A stretch of DNA of 64,000 bases, from contig OZ316891.1 in NCBI GenBank assembly GCA_973895155.1, forward strand, positions 15,779,037 through 15,843,036. Direction: 5' to 3'. Below, in pieces: positions 25,549-38,810 of the stretch. The notes beneath the pieces were generated by a model that searched no databases, was not told where the DNA came from, and was given only the letters and a program-made list of their open reading frames with translations. The position numbers and the translations under genes were made by a program. Numbering within the stretch: position 1 is the stretch's first letter; each line of letters begins with the position of its first letter. This DNA comes from Marsupella aquatica (lineage: Eukaryota; Plantae; Marchantiophyta).

Positions 25549-26805
25549 TCAATCGTGTTGAACTTGCCGTTGCCATGAAGAAACTGTGAACAGTGCTCGA
25601 TCCTGCCATCCAAGTGACAGGCAGTCGTCGGTCTCGAAAAGCCGGTATCCTTCCGAGGGATAGTGTAACCTAAGTAACAGATTTGCTTGTGCAAGAGCAA
25701 ATGTGCTCGGAGGGAGAGCTCGAAAACCTGCTTTATCCATAACCTCCCTCCACCGATCAAATTTTTGGTGCCTTTGAATCCACTCGGATCCATCGCAAGA
25801 TATAATATTGGCAATCTCCCGTCCGAACCAGACCTCCTCAACTGTGACTCGATCGAAGCTTTTTGGGGGAAGGGTAGCCTCCAGGGAATCGAAAAGAGCC
25901 GTATAGTGTGGGAACGCCTCGGTAAACCTGTCTAGAAACAATTGCTGGTTGTGATTTGCCTCCCTTTCGGCAAGGGTAAATACTTTCGGTGCGAGGGAGT
26001 GAATCGTTTCCAAAAATGTCTCCAGCGTACCTAATCCCTTTTCCAGCAAACGGTGCAGCTGCAGTACACAATTAACTGCAAAAGCTTCGCCCTCCCGCTT
26101 GTTGAACATTTCCACTGTGACTTCTTCTATACTACCTACTACAAGAGGGACGTACTCAAATGGCAGATCAAGAGTACGAGCAAAATCTGCAAGGCGGTGA
26201 CCCGTCTGGTGCAAGACATCCTCAGCTGGACCGACTCCAGTCAGTCGAAGACGAGGTGGTCCACCTTTTCTTTGTGCAAGAGCTTGCATGAGAGGAGGCC
26301 ATTGTACCCCCTGCATTATCTCAAAGTCCACAAGGTGAATCACTTCCTCACCTTCCATCACCTCTACAATAGCTTGATTAGCTGTTAAATGAGCGAACCG
26401 GAGAAATGGAGTTACCCGATTAAGAGCCAAATGCGCAGCATGTAACTCTGCTTGCGATGGAGCCTCAGGGATCCGGAAAATGTGAAGGAGACTCGGTGAT
26501 TGATCTGTGATCTCTTCAGATCCTCCCGCCGAGACTTTACTCTTCAAAAACCTGTTCGCTAGAGCTTTAGTAAAGTAGGACCCAACTCTTTCTCCTGAGT
26601 CACCATGTTCTGACACCCGCCCCGCCAAGGAGTTGAGAATTTGCAAGGACTGCACCGTATCATGCGCCGATATTGCCTGTGCACATCGAAGAAGCAGGTC
26701 GCTCAAGCTTCTTCCATCTAGTACTTCCCAGGAATCGTCGTCGTTCACCGAAGAAATTGCGGGCTCCAATGTTTCTGAGGGATTTGCATCGACTGAACTA
26801 AGCAT
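25549..26805 (-). CDS. LAS: GRAS transcription regulator, LAS/SCL18/MOC1 subfamily, about 418 aa, intronless
   Basis: LNRVTPFLRFAHLTANQAI, IHLVDFEIMQGVQWPPLMQAL, EREANHN, LLLRLHYPSEGY, LGWQDRALFTVSSW; first in-frame ATG gives an MLSS start like LAS/Ls (the ORF track extends to a non-ATG start at 26958). Confidence 0.9.
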   Translation of the reverse strand: MLSSVDANPSETLEPAISSVNDDDSWEVLDGRSLSDLLLRCAQAISAHDTVQSLQILNSLAGRVSEHGDSGERVGSYFTKALANRFLKSKVSAGGSEEITDQSPSLLHIFRIPEAPSQAELHAAHLALNRVTPFLRFAHLTANQAIVEVMEGEEVIHLVDFEIMQGVQWPPLMQALAQRKGGPPRLRLTGVGPAEDVLHQTGHRLADFARTLDLPFEYVPLVVGSIEEVTVEMFNKREGEAFAVNCVLQLHRLLEKGLGTLETFLETIHSLAPKVFTLAEREANHNQQLFLDRFTEAFPHYTALFDSLEATLPPKSFDRVTVEEVWFGREIANIISCDGSEWIQRHQKFDRWREVMDKAGFRALPPSTFALAQANLLLRLHYPSEGYRLFETDDCLSLGWQDRALFTVSSWQRQVQHD

Positions 26806-29800
26806 TTCATGGAGGACGAATGGAGAGCACACATAAATCCCGGTGAAATTTTTTTCTTTGCATTTGTTCCGGGCTTTGCAGAGCGCAAATCCCTGCACCT
26901 TCTGACATAATGTCCTCCCCCTCACATCCGCGACTCTCAGCCCCGCGTCCCTCGACAAATCCCGACCAAATTAAAAAATTCACCAGAATTCTGTGGCGCT
27001 CTCGGGCTCGGGGGATTGTCCCGCAAAGCCCTTGCCGAAGAACTTTATTGTACTCGAACGGTGCGACGGATGATATGATGATGGGAGAGTAGTGGGGCGC
27101 ATAGTATATCACTGCACTCCACGAAGAGGATACATCTCGTTGGTTTCCGCGTGACAATGTGTCCGGCTAGGTTACCCAATGAACTGCCGCCCAAACTACT
27201 TTACAGGCCCGAGACATCTCATTTCGGGGGTCTTGGGAGGGAGTTGGAAACTTTATCCCCAATTTACACAAGATGAAGAAACCTGGTTTTGAAAGTAACT
27301 TCCAACCTCCACATACATGAAGTGCATCTCCTTAAAGAGTGAATCTCAACTGACCACCACCCATTTGCAAGCTATATCCTTGGTGAACACTCAAGTGGAA
27401 CTAAGGGAGAGCCTTACAGAGAAGGGTCTTGTGCATATACACTTATGTCCTATACCACAGTGACAACAACAGAGGAATTACTGAAAGTATATTGAGAAAT
27501 CCAGTATGGCATGTTGATCTTAGACATGGCATTTGACATTTCCCTTTTGCCCTAGGGTTTTGCAGGGGACATTTCACTTCACCCGGTAATTTCCCTTGTC
27601 AAGTGGCAATTTCCTCTGGTCGCCCTTTATTTGTCCCTGGACATGAACAGAAAAAACTATTGTCTACAGGTAGCTTGCAAGCAAACATGAAAGAAATTCA
27701 TTTCACAACACCATTTTTTTCCTCATAGGAGGGAAAAAGCCTGAATATACACCACTTTACTATCAAACATAGACCCTAGCTAGCCAAATTGTGGTTGGAA
27801 ATGTCACTTTTGTGTCATTTTTTTGTACAATCCAATTTGGAGACTACTCTTTTGGCTAGCCATATGGAGTTAGAAATGCACTAGAAATACAAAAGTCAGC
27901 AAATATCTGGAGAAATGAAGGTAGTGATGAGCTCACTAGAGTGAAGGTATTTAAAAAGACAGCATGTTTGGGGTGCAGTCATCTAATAAATATCTTGGGG
28001 ACTTATCTCACAACCACACCTCAAGGCCAAGAGAACAACTAAAGCCTAGGATACCAAGGTCAAGTCATATCCTAGCAAAGATGCATTCCTCTAGTCAGCC
28101 CATGCAATGGTATAAGACACATTTGAATAGATACATAGACTGTTGAGATATGAGCCAGTAAAGGTTGAAACCAAATGAGAGGTTCAAATCAGCTTAAACT
28201 GAGTTGGGTTGAGCTTGGGTTTGAGGTGTGGCTCCCTTTCTCTTGCCATACCTTTTGACTTGGACTTGTCTATAGAAATCTGAACTGGGTTCTCATCTGA
28301 CATTCTACCAATGGCCTGAGGAAAGGAAATGGTCTCAGAAACACACAGGGTGTATTACTGCTTCAATAGGAAATAGCCAGGTTGCATGAATCAACCTAAG
28401 TCTAAACAAACAAATTCTGTCACTAGTCAGACTACACACCTTCAATTTCACATTCAAAACACCCTCCCATTTTCACTCTCTACTTTGCACTCCCTCAAAC
28501 CTTACTTCCCTTTTCAACTTAACATACAGCATGCACATAACCAAAGACACCCCTTCTTATGCACCCTACGCCAAGCTACTCTGAATGTTGCAATAGTGTT
28601 GGCACATTTTACCCAATGATGGGTGGCAGAATGTATCTACAGAGAATGGCATGTACTGATTGACTCCCAGCCTTAGGACTTCTAGGCCATTTGCATCCCG
28701 GGCTTGCAGATCCCACTCTTAGTGTGTACCTGATACGCACTAATCAAGTTAGGGTGTCTTCTTTGCTAAGCACTCCAATTTATCCAACCGGACTGACATA
28801 CATGACTCAACACAACCAACTGATAGATTGCACCTGGTGCAACTTTGATTGGCCCCTTTGTAGTTAAGCACAAAACATTTAATTTCCTGTAGTTACAGCA
28901 AGGCCCGACCTTGCCCCTACCTACCCAGCAAGCTCAATAGTGGAATACTCCTTGGTGCTCTTTGTTCTACTGAAGCTGGGACTCCTTGTGCATTGCGCAA
29001 CCCTATGGTAAACTAAGCCTAAAGTCCCCTCCCTGCCTCTACTGAGGGGTGCACTAAGTACTAAACTAAATGTCAACGCTGGCCAACAGTCTATTGGCAT
29101 CTTGTTGCAACCTAATTCTAAGCCTAGCCTATCCTAAGCTACTGAACTACCCCAAGTGTGAGAGCCCTAAGCAGCTTGACATGTCTTATCCTAAGATTGC
29201 TAACTAAGTCCTCAAAACAAATTAAGAGCAGAAGATAGATATGGACTATTGCTAAACCATCTACCACCCGGGCTTATATGTGGTCACCGATCCTCCCACC
29301 CTCCTTCTAAGTTGTGTGCCATCAATAGTCAATGCTATCTTGAGGATAAGTAAGATGGTGGGAAAGGTCTCAAGAACACGCAGAATATCTCGGGGAATAT
29401 CTTGTTGCTTGAACTTAGAAATAGAACCAAGTTGTGAGTGAACAAATCCAAGTGAATGTCAATATATAATCCATGCTTAACAAAAGGCCTTGATAATAGA
29501 CAAGAACCATCTCTACACACAAATACTTGTAATTACCAAAATTGTTATTTGACCTTCAATTCAATAGTACCCACAATTATCACATGCAAGGGTGAATCAC
29601 GCTCTAGCAAAACGGGTTATAGAAGACTTGACAACTCATTTGAGTCTCTATCACTTCCCTTGACTGATCAACGATTCACCAAGAACTAAAAGTTAGCAAT
29701 TCAACCTCAGATACTCACTTGAAACTCTCCTCATCACAGAGTTCTCCCTCTATTTTCAACCATAGAGCCCTTCCATAGGTCAATCAAACAATAACTCAGA

Positions 29801-31139
29801 ATCCTAATTGAATATAACATACATTACATTAAATCACATTAATTATTCTTCTCAAAAACACCCTTCCAAATCTTAGAATTGAGACCTTCAGGCTAGACAT
29901 CTTTGTCTAGCCCTTGCTCCCAAAATGTTATAATTAGTACTCCCGGGTCTTGTTACGTAGCTATAGCCCTGGGCTACCCTCTCATCAACTTTTCAGCACA
30001 AAGCCTCCCTTCATATTAAGCTTTTGACCTTCCTCCTTGGTATTTGACTTTCCAACTTTTCATCTCTAAATTGACATTCTTGAGTCTAGTCTTGAAGCCC
30101 TCATCAATACCATACTCCCTATCTATCAGCCCAAGAAAAATTTTCTAAGTATGCTTCTCAATTTCTCACATCAAGAAAACTGTCACAAAAAAATGGCACA
30201 AAAAAATGGCACAAAAAAATGTCTGAATTTCAATCTCTCAACATAAACTCAACGTCCCTCCATTTCTTACAAGAAAGTGACTCATCCACAACACTCTCCC
30301 TTGATACTGTCAAAGTTCAGGCCTCTAGAAGAAAGGAGCTATCAATGGCTCTTCCCTACACTCTCATCATCGTCTATTCTCCCTGTCCTAACTCCACATC
30401 GAACTCCGTAGCTCTCCACCAAGAAAGTTTCAACAGAATTTAGATAGCAACTGAACAATCCTCACTCACACTTTTTCTCTCACTCCACTTCTCTTTTATT
30501 CTTGTCCTTGCACCTCTATCTCAAAGCTCACCTCCTTGAAGTCCAACACTTGGCTGCACCTGATTGGCAACCAAACCAATGAATGCCACATTGCCCTCCC
30601 TAGATACCGCATCGCTCCTTGTGATGCCACCTTTTTTTAGGGGGTATGATGACCATGACAGGAAACAGCAAAAAGAAAACTGACAGGAAATAGTAAACAG
30701 GAAACAAAAATGGTGTGTCTGACTGCGAAAGGCACTAATATTGTCAAAATTACATCTAAAACAACATATTCCTGGAATCATTTACACAATTTCATACCTT
30801 TCTGGGACCCTTACCATTACCATTACCCTTCCATTATTTATATATGCGAGACCAAATTTGGGTCTAGCTTCAAAAAATTTGGTCAAGGCTCAAAAATCAT
30901 AAACGACAACCTCAACATACTCACTAATTAAGATCAACGCACCCTAAACCCTAAATCCCTTAAAAAGCACTGCCTAGCTTAGGGGAGACCTTGAAGAAAA
31001 GATAAGGAGGGTCACACTAATAGCACTGCTATCTCTTTGCCATCTTTCAATTGCACACCCATCCTCAATTACACCCATCCTCAATTACAACCCATCCCTC
31101 TATTGACTTTAAGTGCGCTCTGGGAACTTAGCTGTTGGC

Positions 31140-31625
31140 ATTAAAGATGGCATCATTAAATTCATCCTCAAGAAACCAGATTAGCGGTTCTTGAAGGATT
31201 GGAGGCCCCTGACTATGTTGAACACTATTTACAAGCTCATTGCTAAATTATTGGCCAATAGGTTGATGGTCATCCTCCCCAAGCTGATTAACTCCTGTCA
31301 GAAACATTTTTGAAATATCTCACTTGCTTGGCTAACCTATGACTAGGTGAAACACTCCAAAGGGAATCCTTGTTTCTCAAGCTGGACTTCAAAAAGGCTT
31401 TTGATAAAGTGAATCATGAATGCATTTGCTAGGGATTGTCAGCCAGTTCATTAAGCTAGTACAGGCCTTGCTAGCAGAATTGTTGTCGCGGGTTCAGGTC
31501 AATGGTCTCATGTCAAAATCCATTGGTTTGAAACAAGGTGTAAGACAAGGTTGCCTGCTTTCTTCCCTGCTATTTGTTATCTTGACTCAGCCTCTTATGG
31601 ATCTCATGGATGCAAAACTAGTGGT
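31140..31625 (+). pseudogene. L1-clade reverse transcriptase fragment
   Basis: DWRPLTMLNTIYKLIAKLLANRL, KLDFKKAFDKV, GVRQGCLLSSLLF, with stops and frameshifts. Confidence 0.85.
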
Positions 31626-32705
31626 TGGGAGTGTGACACGGGCAATGGTCACTTAACATGACGCAAGTATCAGATTAGGACGTATCCGTATAGATAGGAC
31701 CGTACGAGTCACAATTTTTGCAATTGACTAGACTAGTCACAATTTTTGCAATTACGACTAGACTAGGAATATGTTAGTCAACTTAATGAGTACTGATTAC
31801 AATGCGCACTATTATGATTGTTTGTTGTACTATGGCGGCGACGGACACTAGTAGAAATACCCCCTATTTTTTACCAAACCACTATTGACTACTGTGACAA
31901 GGTTATGGAAGTTTAGGGTGTTATCACTACATATGGGACTGAATTATGGGAACACAACACAACAAATCATCCTAAAGAAAGGTTCATGGGTGAAGCCAGA
32001 TTGGCATGGGCCAAGAGCAACCATGAAACGGGATATGGATGGCTTTCTAATGGTCAATTTTAACCAAAGACTGGCAGAATGGATGGAGCCTTTTGTGTTC
32101 CCAAGTCAAGTTGAGCAAGTGTTTTTTTAGATGTGGAGGAGTCTCGTGGTTGGCGTGTAGTCTGCCATAGCTCACCTAGAGTTCGAAGGATGGAGGGTAC
32201 TAAAATAGAGTTCAGTTTGGATGCACATGGGGCCTTTGAATAGCCGGCAGTAGACGTTGTACATCGGGGCCAGGGGACCAGGGAGTACATCCCCTTGACA
32301 GTGAGACAGACTTACGAGGGAGAGGTTGAAGCTGAGATGGACGAAGATGATGAGTAGATGGATCTGTTTTGTTGTGAGTAGGTGACTCTTTGAAGTGCAA
32401 TGAGTAGCAAATATGAGCAATAAATGGATGACTTGTTTGTGCAACCGCAGCAACTTGGTGAATAGGATGCCAGACGAAAATGGCATGTGTGAGTATGAGA
32501 AGCAGGCTGTCAAACACTGAGCATGGGTTCAGCAATGTGCCGCAGCCCTGTTGGGTGATGTGCAAGAGGCTATTTCGGATATGTAAGGGAACTGTGCATA
32601 GTATGAGCTGTATGCGTATGTCCTTGTGTGCGTCTGTTCATTGTGTAGCTTCTGTAATGGACTACTACATTCATAACCCGTGTCGAATTTCATGTGGGTG
32701 TTGCA

Positions 32706-35700
32706 GTAACAAAAGTATCCCAACACTGTCGAAGCGGAGTCATTGTAGACGGAAGACCTTTTGTAATCCTGACGGACCTAGGCGACGCAGTGAGAGGTTG
32801 ACTTCAAAGACCCCTATTTCAATGGCTGAATCTCCTAATAAGAATGAGGTAGAGGATTGCATGCCTAATGGTGGTGATACAGAATATGATCCTGACCAAG
32901 ATCCGAATGCAAGTGCTAGCATGTCATCGGATGATGACATGCCAAATCCTACCCCTCCACCAAAGCTTGCTTGCAGTAAGGCAACTGGGGGAACTTCTAT
33001 GAGATCTCGACCAACGCCCTCTGTATACTCAGCCCAAGCCCCGAGCAACAACAATTGCAATAACCCGCAATTTAATGCCCCCGACTATAATTGGCTGCAA
33101 GCACGACAGGGGGGCAATAACTATGGCGGGTCTATGGGTGTAGGCCCTTCTGCCAGCTATATGGGTCCTAGTTGGCCAAGTAAGTCTGAACATTTGAATT
33201 TGTTTCATGAATGTGGACAAGTGTATTTTGAGCTGCAATTGGCTGATTGTGTTCCTCAATAGATGTGGGTCTGAGTATGACAATTTTCCTGGTCTGATGT
33301 GAGTGGCAGACCCAATGTGGGACCGTATGCAGCCCACAAATATGTATGAAGGAGGGTCAATGGGGCCATCGGGGCAATTCATGGGAGGTCCTCATCCAAT
33401 GGGGACAGGATGGCAAGGTTATGGTGGGTATGGTGGGAACCCAGCACCAGCACCAGCACCTTCAATCCAACCGACAGAGACACTGCGGATGGGAGGAGGT
33501 ATTTTCTACAGCAGTTGTAAGTAAAGTATTTAAATCAGGTAATTCATAGAGACCATATGATATTAATGGTGTTAATTGCGTTTCTCTTTTCAGATAACCC
33601 TATCACACCCCGCGCAGGCCATGGGGGAGGAACTCCTGGATTTGCAACACCAAGTAGTGCGTCAGGGAGCAGTGGGAGAGGTGAGAATGTGAAGTTGGGT
33701 ACTGTTGAAGTTGATGATGAAGGCCGGATCACAACGATGAGTGCTGGAAAGAATAGATGGCACAATGACCTACGAATGGAGTGTCTACGATGGTTGGACA
33801 TTAGCTGTACTAACTTTAATTGTCAACATCCATCTGACTGGGAACTGGTTTGCAAATATATGCAAGACAAATGGGAATATTTGGGGAATTCTGGGAAAGG
33901 GGTCAGTGCTGATTGTCTTGCAAAATATGGACGAACTATCATGAAAACAGAGAGGCATCGATTGCACAAAGCATGGATTGCTGATGGCAGTAAAACACAT
34001 GCTGAAGCACCCCCAAGTGTTCATGTAGAACAATGGGCTCGACTGAGAGGGACATTCCTATCTAGGGCAGGACAGGAGAAGTCTACACAAATGATTGCTG
34101 CTAGAAATGCAGTGAAGAACCCTACGCTTACAGGGAGGGGAGGACATGCACCAGTAGTAGCCAAATTGGTTGGGTTCCCATGCCATACAAATCTGTATTT
34201 ACATTTCAATATTGGGGTTGACTGTATGTAGTTGTAGCAGCATGGTACGTTTAGGCAAGATTGACATTGAGAAACGTGTCTTGCAATGTTTATGTGCTCC
34301 AGAAAAAGCTTACTGGAGAGAAACCCACAAAAGAGGAGGTTGTGGCAGAAATCAAAAGGGTAAAGTGTGATGAAGGCAGCGTTGGATCTAAATAGGTAAT
34401 TTAGGAGCATTATTGATGGACAATCTGTTGTACAGTCTTTCTTTAGATGCACAGTACTGTCAGCCCTTATGCAATTGTAAAATTGCTGAGAAGAGCCGTT
34501 TGGTTGGTGTATGTCATATATAGTAGGGAGCAGTGTCTACCCTTACAGAGATATCAGACCAGTTGAAGACAGTGGAGAATGCTTGGCATCAGTCGAGACT
34601 GAGATGAAGAGTCAATTCAAGGACATAGCCAGTCTTCTTGAAAGCCAATGATCAACCTTAAGGGAAGTACAAGCTGAATTATGTGAGTTGCGGGCGATGC
34701 ACATTGCTGGCTCAATGACAGTTGTACCAGGTTCGATGATCTTTGGATCTGCTGCAGCCACTGCAATTTGATCACCTGATGCACAATGTAACAAACCTTG
34801 AGGGTCTAGAACTTGAACCTGAACCATCCTGCACCCATGAACCTCAAATTCCTAGGTAAAGTCACACTACACTAAACATGATTTCAGATGACACATACCA
34901 TTCTTCTTTGTAGGCACAACTTCCTCAATATTTGCAGACTCATGTAATGGATGTGCAATTGGGTCTGCAAATATTGAGGAAGTTGTGCCTACAAAGAAGA
35001 ATGGTATGTGTCATCTGAAATCATGTTTAGTGTAGTGTGACTTTACCTAGGAATTTGAGGTTCATGGGTGCAGGATGGTTCAGGTTCAAGTTCTAGACCC
35101 TCAAGGTTTGTTACATTGTGCATCAGGTGATCAAATTGCAGTGGCTGCAGCAGATCCAAAGATCATCGAACCTGGTACAACTGTCATTGACAGTAAGTAA
35201 ATGTTGGTTTGAATCCTCTGTCTGGCCTATTAATGTGGTTGAGTATCTATGCGATGTACGTTCAATTAGTGCAAACTTGATGGTTTGTTGAGAGCTTTAG
35301 TGCAAATATGCTTAGTTGTTGATGAAGGAATTTGTGGTTGCTCTTGAGGTACAGAGCCAGCACAGGAGGAGGTGCGCATGCCAAATCCAGCAGGCAGGAA
35401 GAGGAGACGAAACTTTAGAGGCTACCAAATTTTCAGATTCACAAGAGAAGCAGAGTGATGAGAATGATGTGGTTTTCATAGACTCTCAGCCTCCCTCAGG
35501 TATTGGAGATGAGTTTTCTCAATCCCCACCACTGGTGAACATGGGAAAGATGAGGACCAGAAATAGTGGGAAGGAGACTTTGCCTTACAAGGCACCAAAG
35601 AAGAAGAAGAATATTAATTCTCCAAAAGGGACAGCAGTGAGCATTGTAGCACAGTCTTCTAGGCTAATGGCAACTGATAATTCTGGTGTTTGTGTTGGGA

Positions 35701-35900
35701 CCAGCATACTTCAAATTGAAGCAAGTACTTTCCATGGAAAGAAGGTACTTGCTGATCACGTTGTGTTGTTACTGACTGCTGTCAGTAAGCCAAAATATCT
35801 TCTACCCTTTCCAAACAAGGGAGATGATCCGCCACACATCCATCTTGTGGATGCTGTGGAATCATTTGTGATGTGGCCAGAGAAATTTGTAGAGTGTTAG
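32706..35900 (+). pseudogene. CACTA TnpA/Ptta-like gene of element 2, disrupted
   Basis: Exons homologous to element 1 (SAGKNRW..DL..E.LRWLD, TGRGG.AP, LPFPNKGDDPP..VMWP); stops near 34600-34650 and an inverted duplication. Confidence 0.75.
34712..35190. repeat. Perfect 228-bp inverted repeat with a 23-bp spacer
   Basis: 34712-34939 is the reverse complement of 34963-35190; no mismatch found by eye. Confidence 0.95.
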
Positions 35901-37369
35901 GTACCAAGTACAATTTGAGACTCAAATGTGAAGGATTGTTTCAATATATGGCCACAATTTTGACTACATGATGTTGTGTAATACTCTGTTTTTTGATGGA
36001 TTGCTCATATTTTTACTCTGTTATTATGCCATTGTTAGTTGGATTGGTGCTTTTGTGGCATGAATGACTCAGTCTCGAATATGAATGACATCATTGTCTA
36101 CGGAAACTAGTGCGGTCAAATCAGTGTTACCAATCACTCATGGAAAACCCTATATGACTCGAACTAAGTCAGTATGAGTCACTTATGTTTGACTGATGTA
36201 TAGATCTAAATACTTGACCCTCTAGTCACTAAAAAGACTATTGACACTAGTCAATAATTTGACTAAGTCAATCAAAGTCACCACTTTTACGACTACTAGT
36301 TGCAAGAATGATGTCAGTGATCTAATGTCATAGATGACCGGTTTTAGTCATAGTCAGTCGTATTTTATGGTAAAAAATAGGGGGTATTTTTACTAGTGGG
36401 AGTAAAAGTTTGTTATGGTGATTCCTCTTGGACCAAGATAGTCGCCCTCAATCAGGCAATGGTGGCCGACAGTCCTCAAAGTTCTCACACCTGATGGAGA
36501 TGAGATGGAGAGAGACTGTGAGACCTAATGGACTGTGAGACCTGGCGGAGCTCTGCGTTTTAGGATTTTTAGATTTTTTTAGTTTCTCTGGCTCGTCTTG
36601 ACCTATCATTGTTGCTGCTTGGATGCTGATCACTGTTGCTTCCCTCCGGAAGATGTTTTACTTTGTGCGCTGATTTGATCAACGCATCTTTTGGTTATCT
36701 AAATGATGCTCATGGTCCGCGTTAAGTGCATTAGGGCTTGACGACTTCTTAACCATCTCGTAGAGTTCTGGATTACAGCGTTATCATCGAATCGGTGCCA
36801 GTTTACTTGCTGATTTATGCTCCTTCTGGATACCGATACTACTTTACACTGCATCGTAATCTTTTGCTTACTCACTGGCATTTTACCCTGCTCCCTCCCA
36901 TCGACGGATGAGATTTATGCAAACCTTTGGATGTGTGTCTGTGCGCTGAAGTTGAACATGCTCCCGGCTCCTGGTTTGTGTTTTGCCTCTTTGGAGAGTC
37001 GCTTTTCACGCTGCGTACAATTGGAGACTTGAAGTGGGACCCCCTCTTCTTCTTCTTGTGTATTACTTTCAGCGGTGAGTTATTTTTGTCCCTGCTATGG
37101 GCTGCTAAATGCGACACTTTCTAAAGAATTTTACTCTTGTTCCTTTTTCACTTTGCGTTTGTTGTTGGACGCCTCTACCTTCGACCCGGTGTTGACCTGG
37201 GATGAATTCTAATCGGAGAGGTGGTTCGGGATTTGGCGCTCACATGACTGGTCGAGGAGCACTTGCTTTTGGCCCAGCTTACTTACGTGATGGGCAGGCA
37301 ATGAGATACACAATCTTTGCGAGACGCTGAGGGGGGGCTGGCCATTGGGCTAACTCGTCCTCCTCTTCC

Positions 37370-38810
37370 ATGCTTGTACCTTTGGCTGTTAGGCCTTCTT
37401 CACCTCGAGGAATCAACTCTGGTGCAATTTTCTCTGATCAGGATGCTCGTTCGGGCCCTGGCGGTCCCTCCAATGCTGTTCCTACTAGCACTCCTGGGAT
37501 TTGCGCCCCGGTCAATCAATTACAAAGTTGGTATGGGCTTCGTTCATCCGGCACTGAGGCGGATGGCTTCTCACGGTGGGACTCCCATAGTCGAGAACAT
37601 GTGCCAATGGAGGTCCTGGAGGAAAGACTGATGAATCCTTATGAGAATCTTTTTCAGGATGACATTGGTGACAGGAGGATTGCCGATGAGGTGCGCACCA
37701 GTGTTGGAGCTGGTAAATTCACTCGCCCACCTGGAATTGCTGATCCTGGTGCTTCGAGTGCCCCACCCTTGAGTCGCTCTCAGGCAGATCATCGTGCTGA
37801 AGAAGCCGAAGCCTGTATCCCCATTCTGAGGCGAATTGCGGACTTGTCAATTCAAGACTGGCCTCCTAAACTGCATACCACCATCGAGTGGTCCCTAGAG
37901 GAAGCAGCTGAGACTGTGAAAGAACTTTTCAACTGCACAATGATGTGTTACTTCACCGATCGCCCGCCTCTGCTTCCGACATTTAAATTTTGGGTGAACA
38001 AGACCTTTGTTGTGGATTTGAAATGGCCAATCTCTCAAGTTAAGTTTGTGGGGAAAAACTTCTACATGATTGTCTTCAAGGACCCTGCTCACCGCGACTT
38101 GGCTCTTGCTGAAGCTCCTTGGTTCCTGGATAGAAAGTTTGTTTTCACCTTTCCGTGGGATCCTTCTTTTGATATCAAAAGTGAATTGTACACCCTTCTT
38201 CCGGTTTGGATTGAAATTCCTTTCCGGGCTTTAGTTCTGGAACCGTGCCGCAGGAAGCTGGCTGCATCTTTGGGTGACATTTTACATTATATCCAAGGTG
38301 AGGAGTTAAGCTCGTACCCCCATGATCGTGCCTGCATCCTGTGGGATACACAACGAGAATTACCACTGAGTGTTGAGGTACTAATCAAGAACGGGCTTTC
38401 TATATGGCAACCGGTGATCTTTAAGAACATTCCCTTTCACTGCTTTCGGTGCAGCAAGAAGGGCCATTTGGCGAGAGATTGCAGAGCCCACGATGAGGAA
38501 GAACCGACACCTGCCCCGAGCCACCGCACTGCAGACTCCCCCCCTGCCGTGGGTTTAGATTGCCCTTTGAAGGCGCCGAGTCCAGAAAGAGCTACTCAAA
38601 TGCCGGACCCGTTGTTAGTCCCACCTGTTCCCGATGCTGCAATTAACCCCGCTGAGGAACCTGCTGCAAATGTCGAGGCACCCCCCGTAGAGGCTACATC
38701 TTCTGAGATTATACTTTTTGGTAGCATCGGAGGCATGGATGCTGATCCTTGCTCTGTGGTGACAATTCGGGAGATTGAGGAGGCAGCTATTGATATAGTT
38801 CCTTGCGACA
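37370..38810 (+). mobile_element. Plant L1 ORF1 (DUF4283/RRM plus zinc knuckle), 3'-truncated, no ORF2
   Basis: PWFL....FTFPWDPSF, LPVWIEIP, CFRCSKKGHLARDC; beyond about 38810 the ORF reads into the antisense of the neighbouring gene. Confidence 0.85.

Larger units (their letters stand above)
31846..36398 (+). mobile_element. Complete non-autonomous CACTA element 2 (internal deletion derivative, 4553 bp)
   Basis: 31-bp TIRs CACTAGTA(G/A)AAATACCCCCTATTTTTTACCA with 1 mismatch; 3-bp TSD GGA on both sides; only the end of the transposase (about 31900-32250) and a TnpA-like gene remain. Confidence 0.97.

Noticed and set aside
27300-31100. Possible LTR retrotransposon remnant (also 18500-21900)
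   Set aside because: CpG-depleted and TE-like, but I could not identify LTR pairs, a PBS or protein motifs
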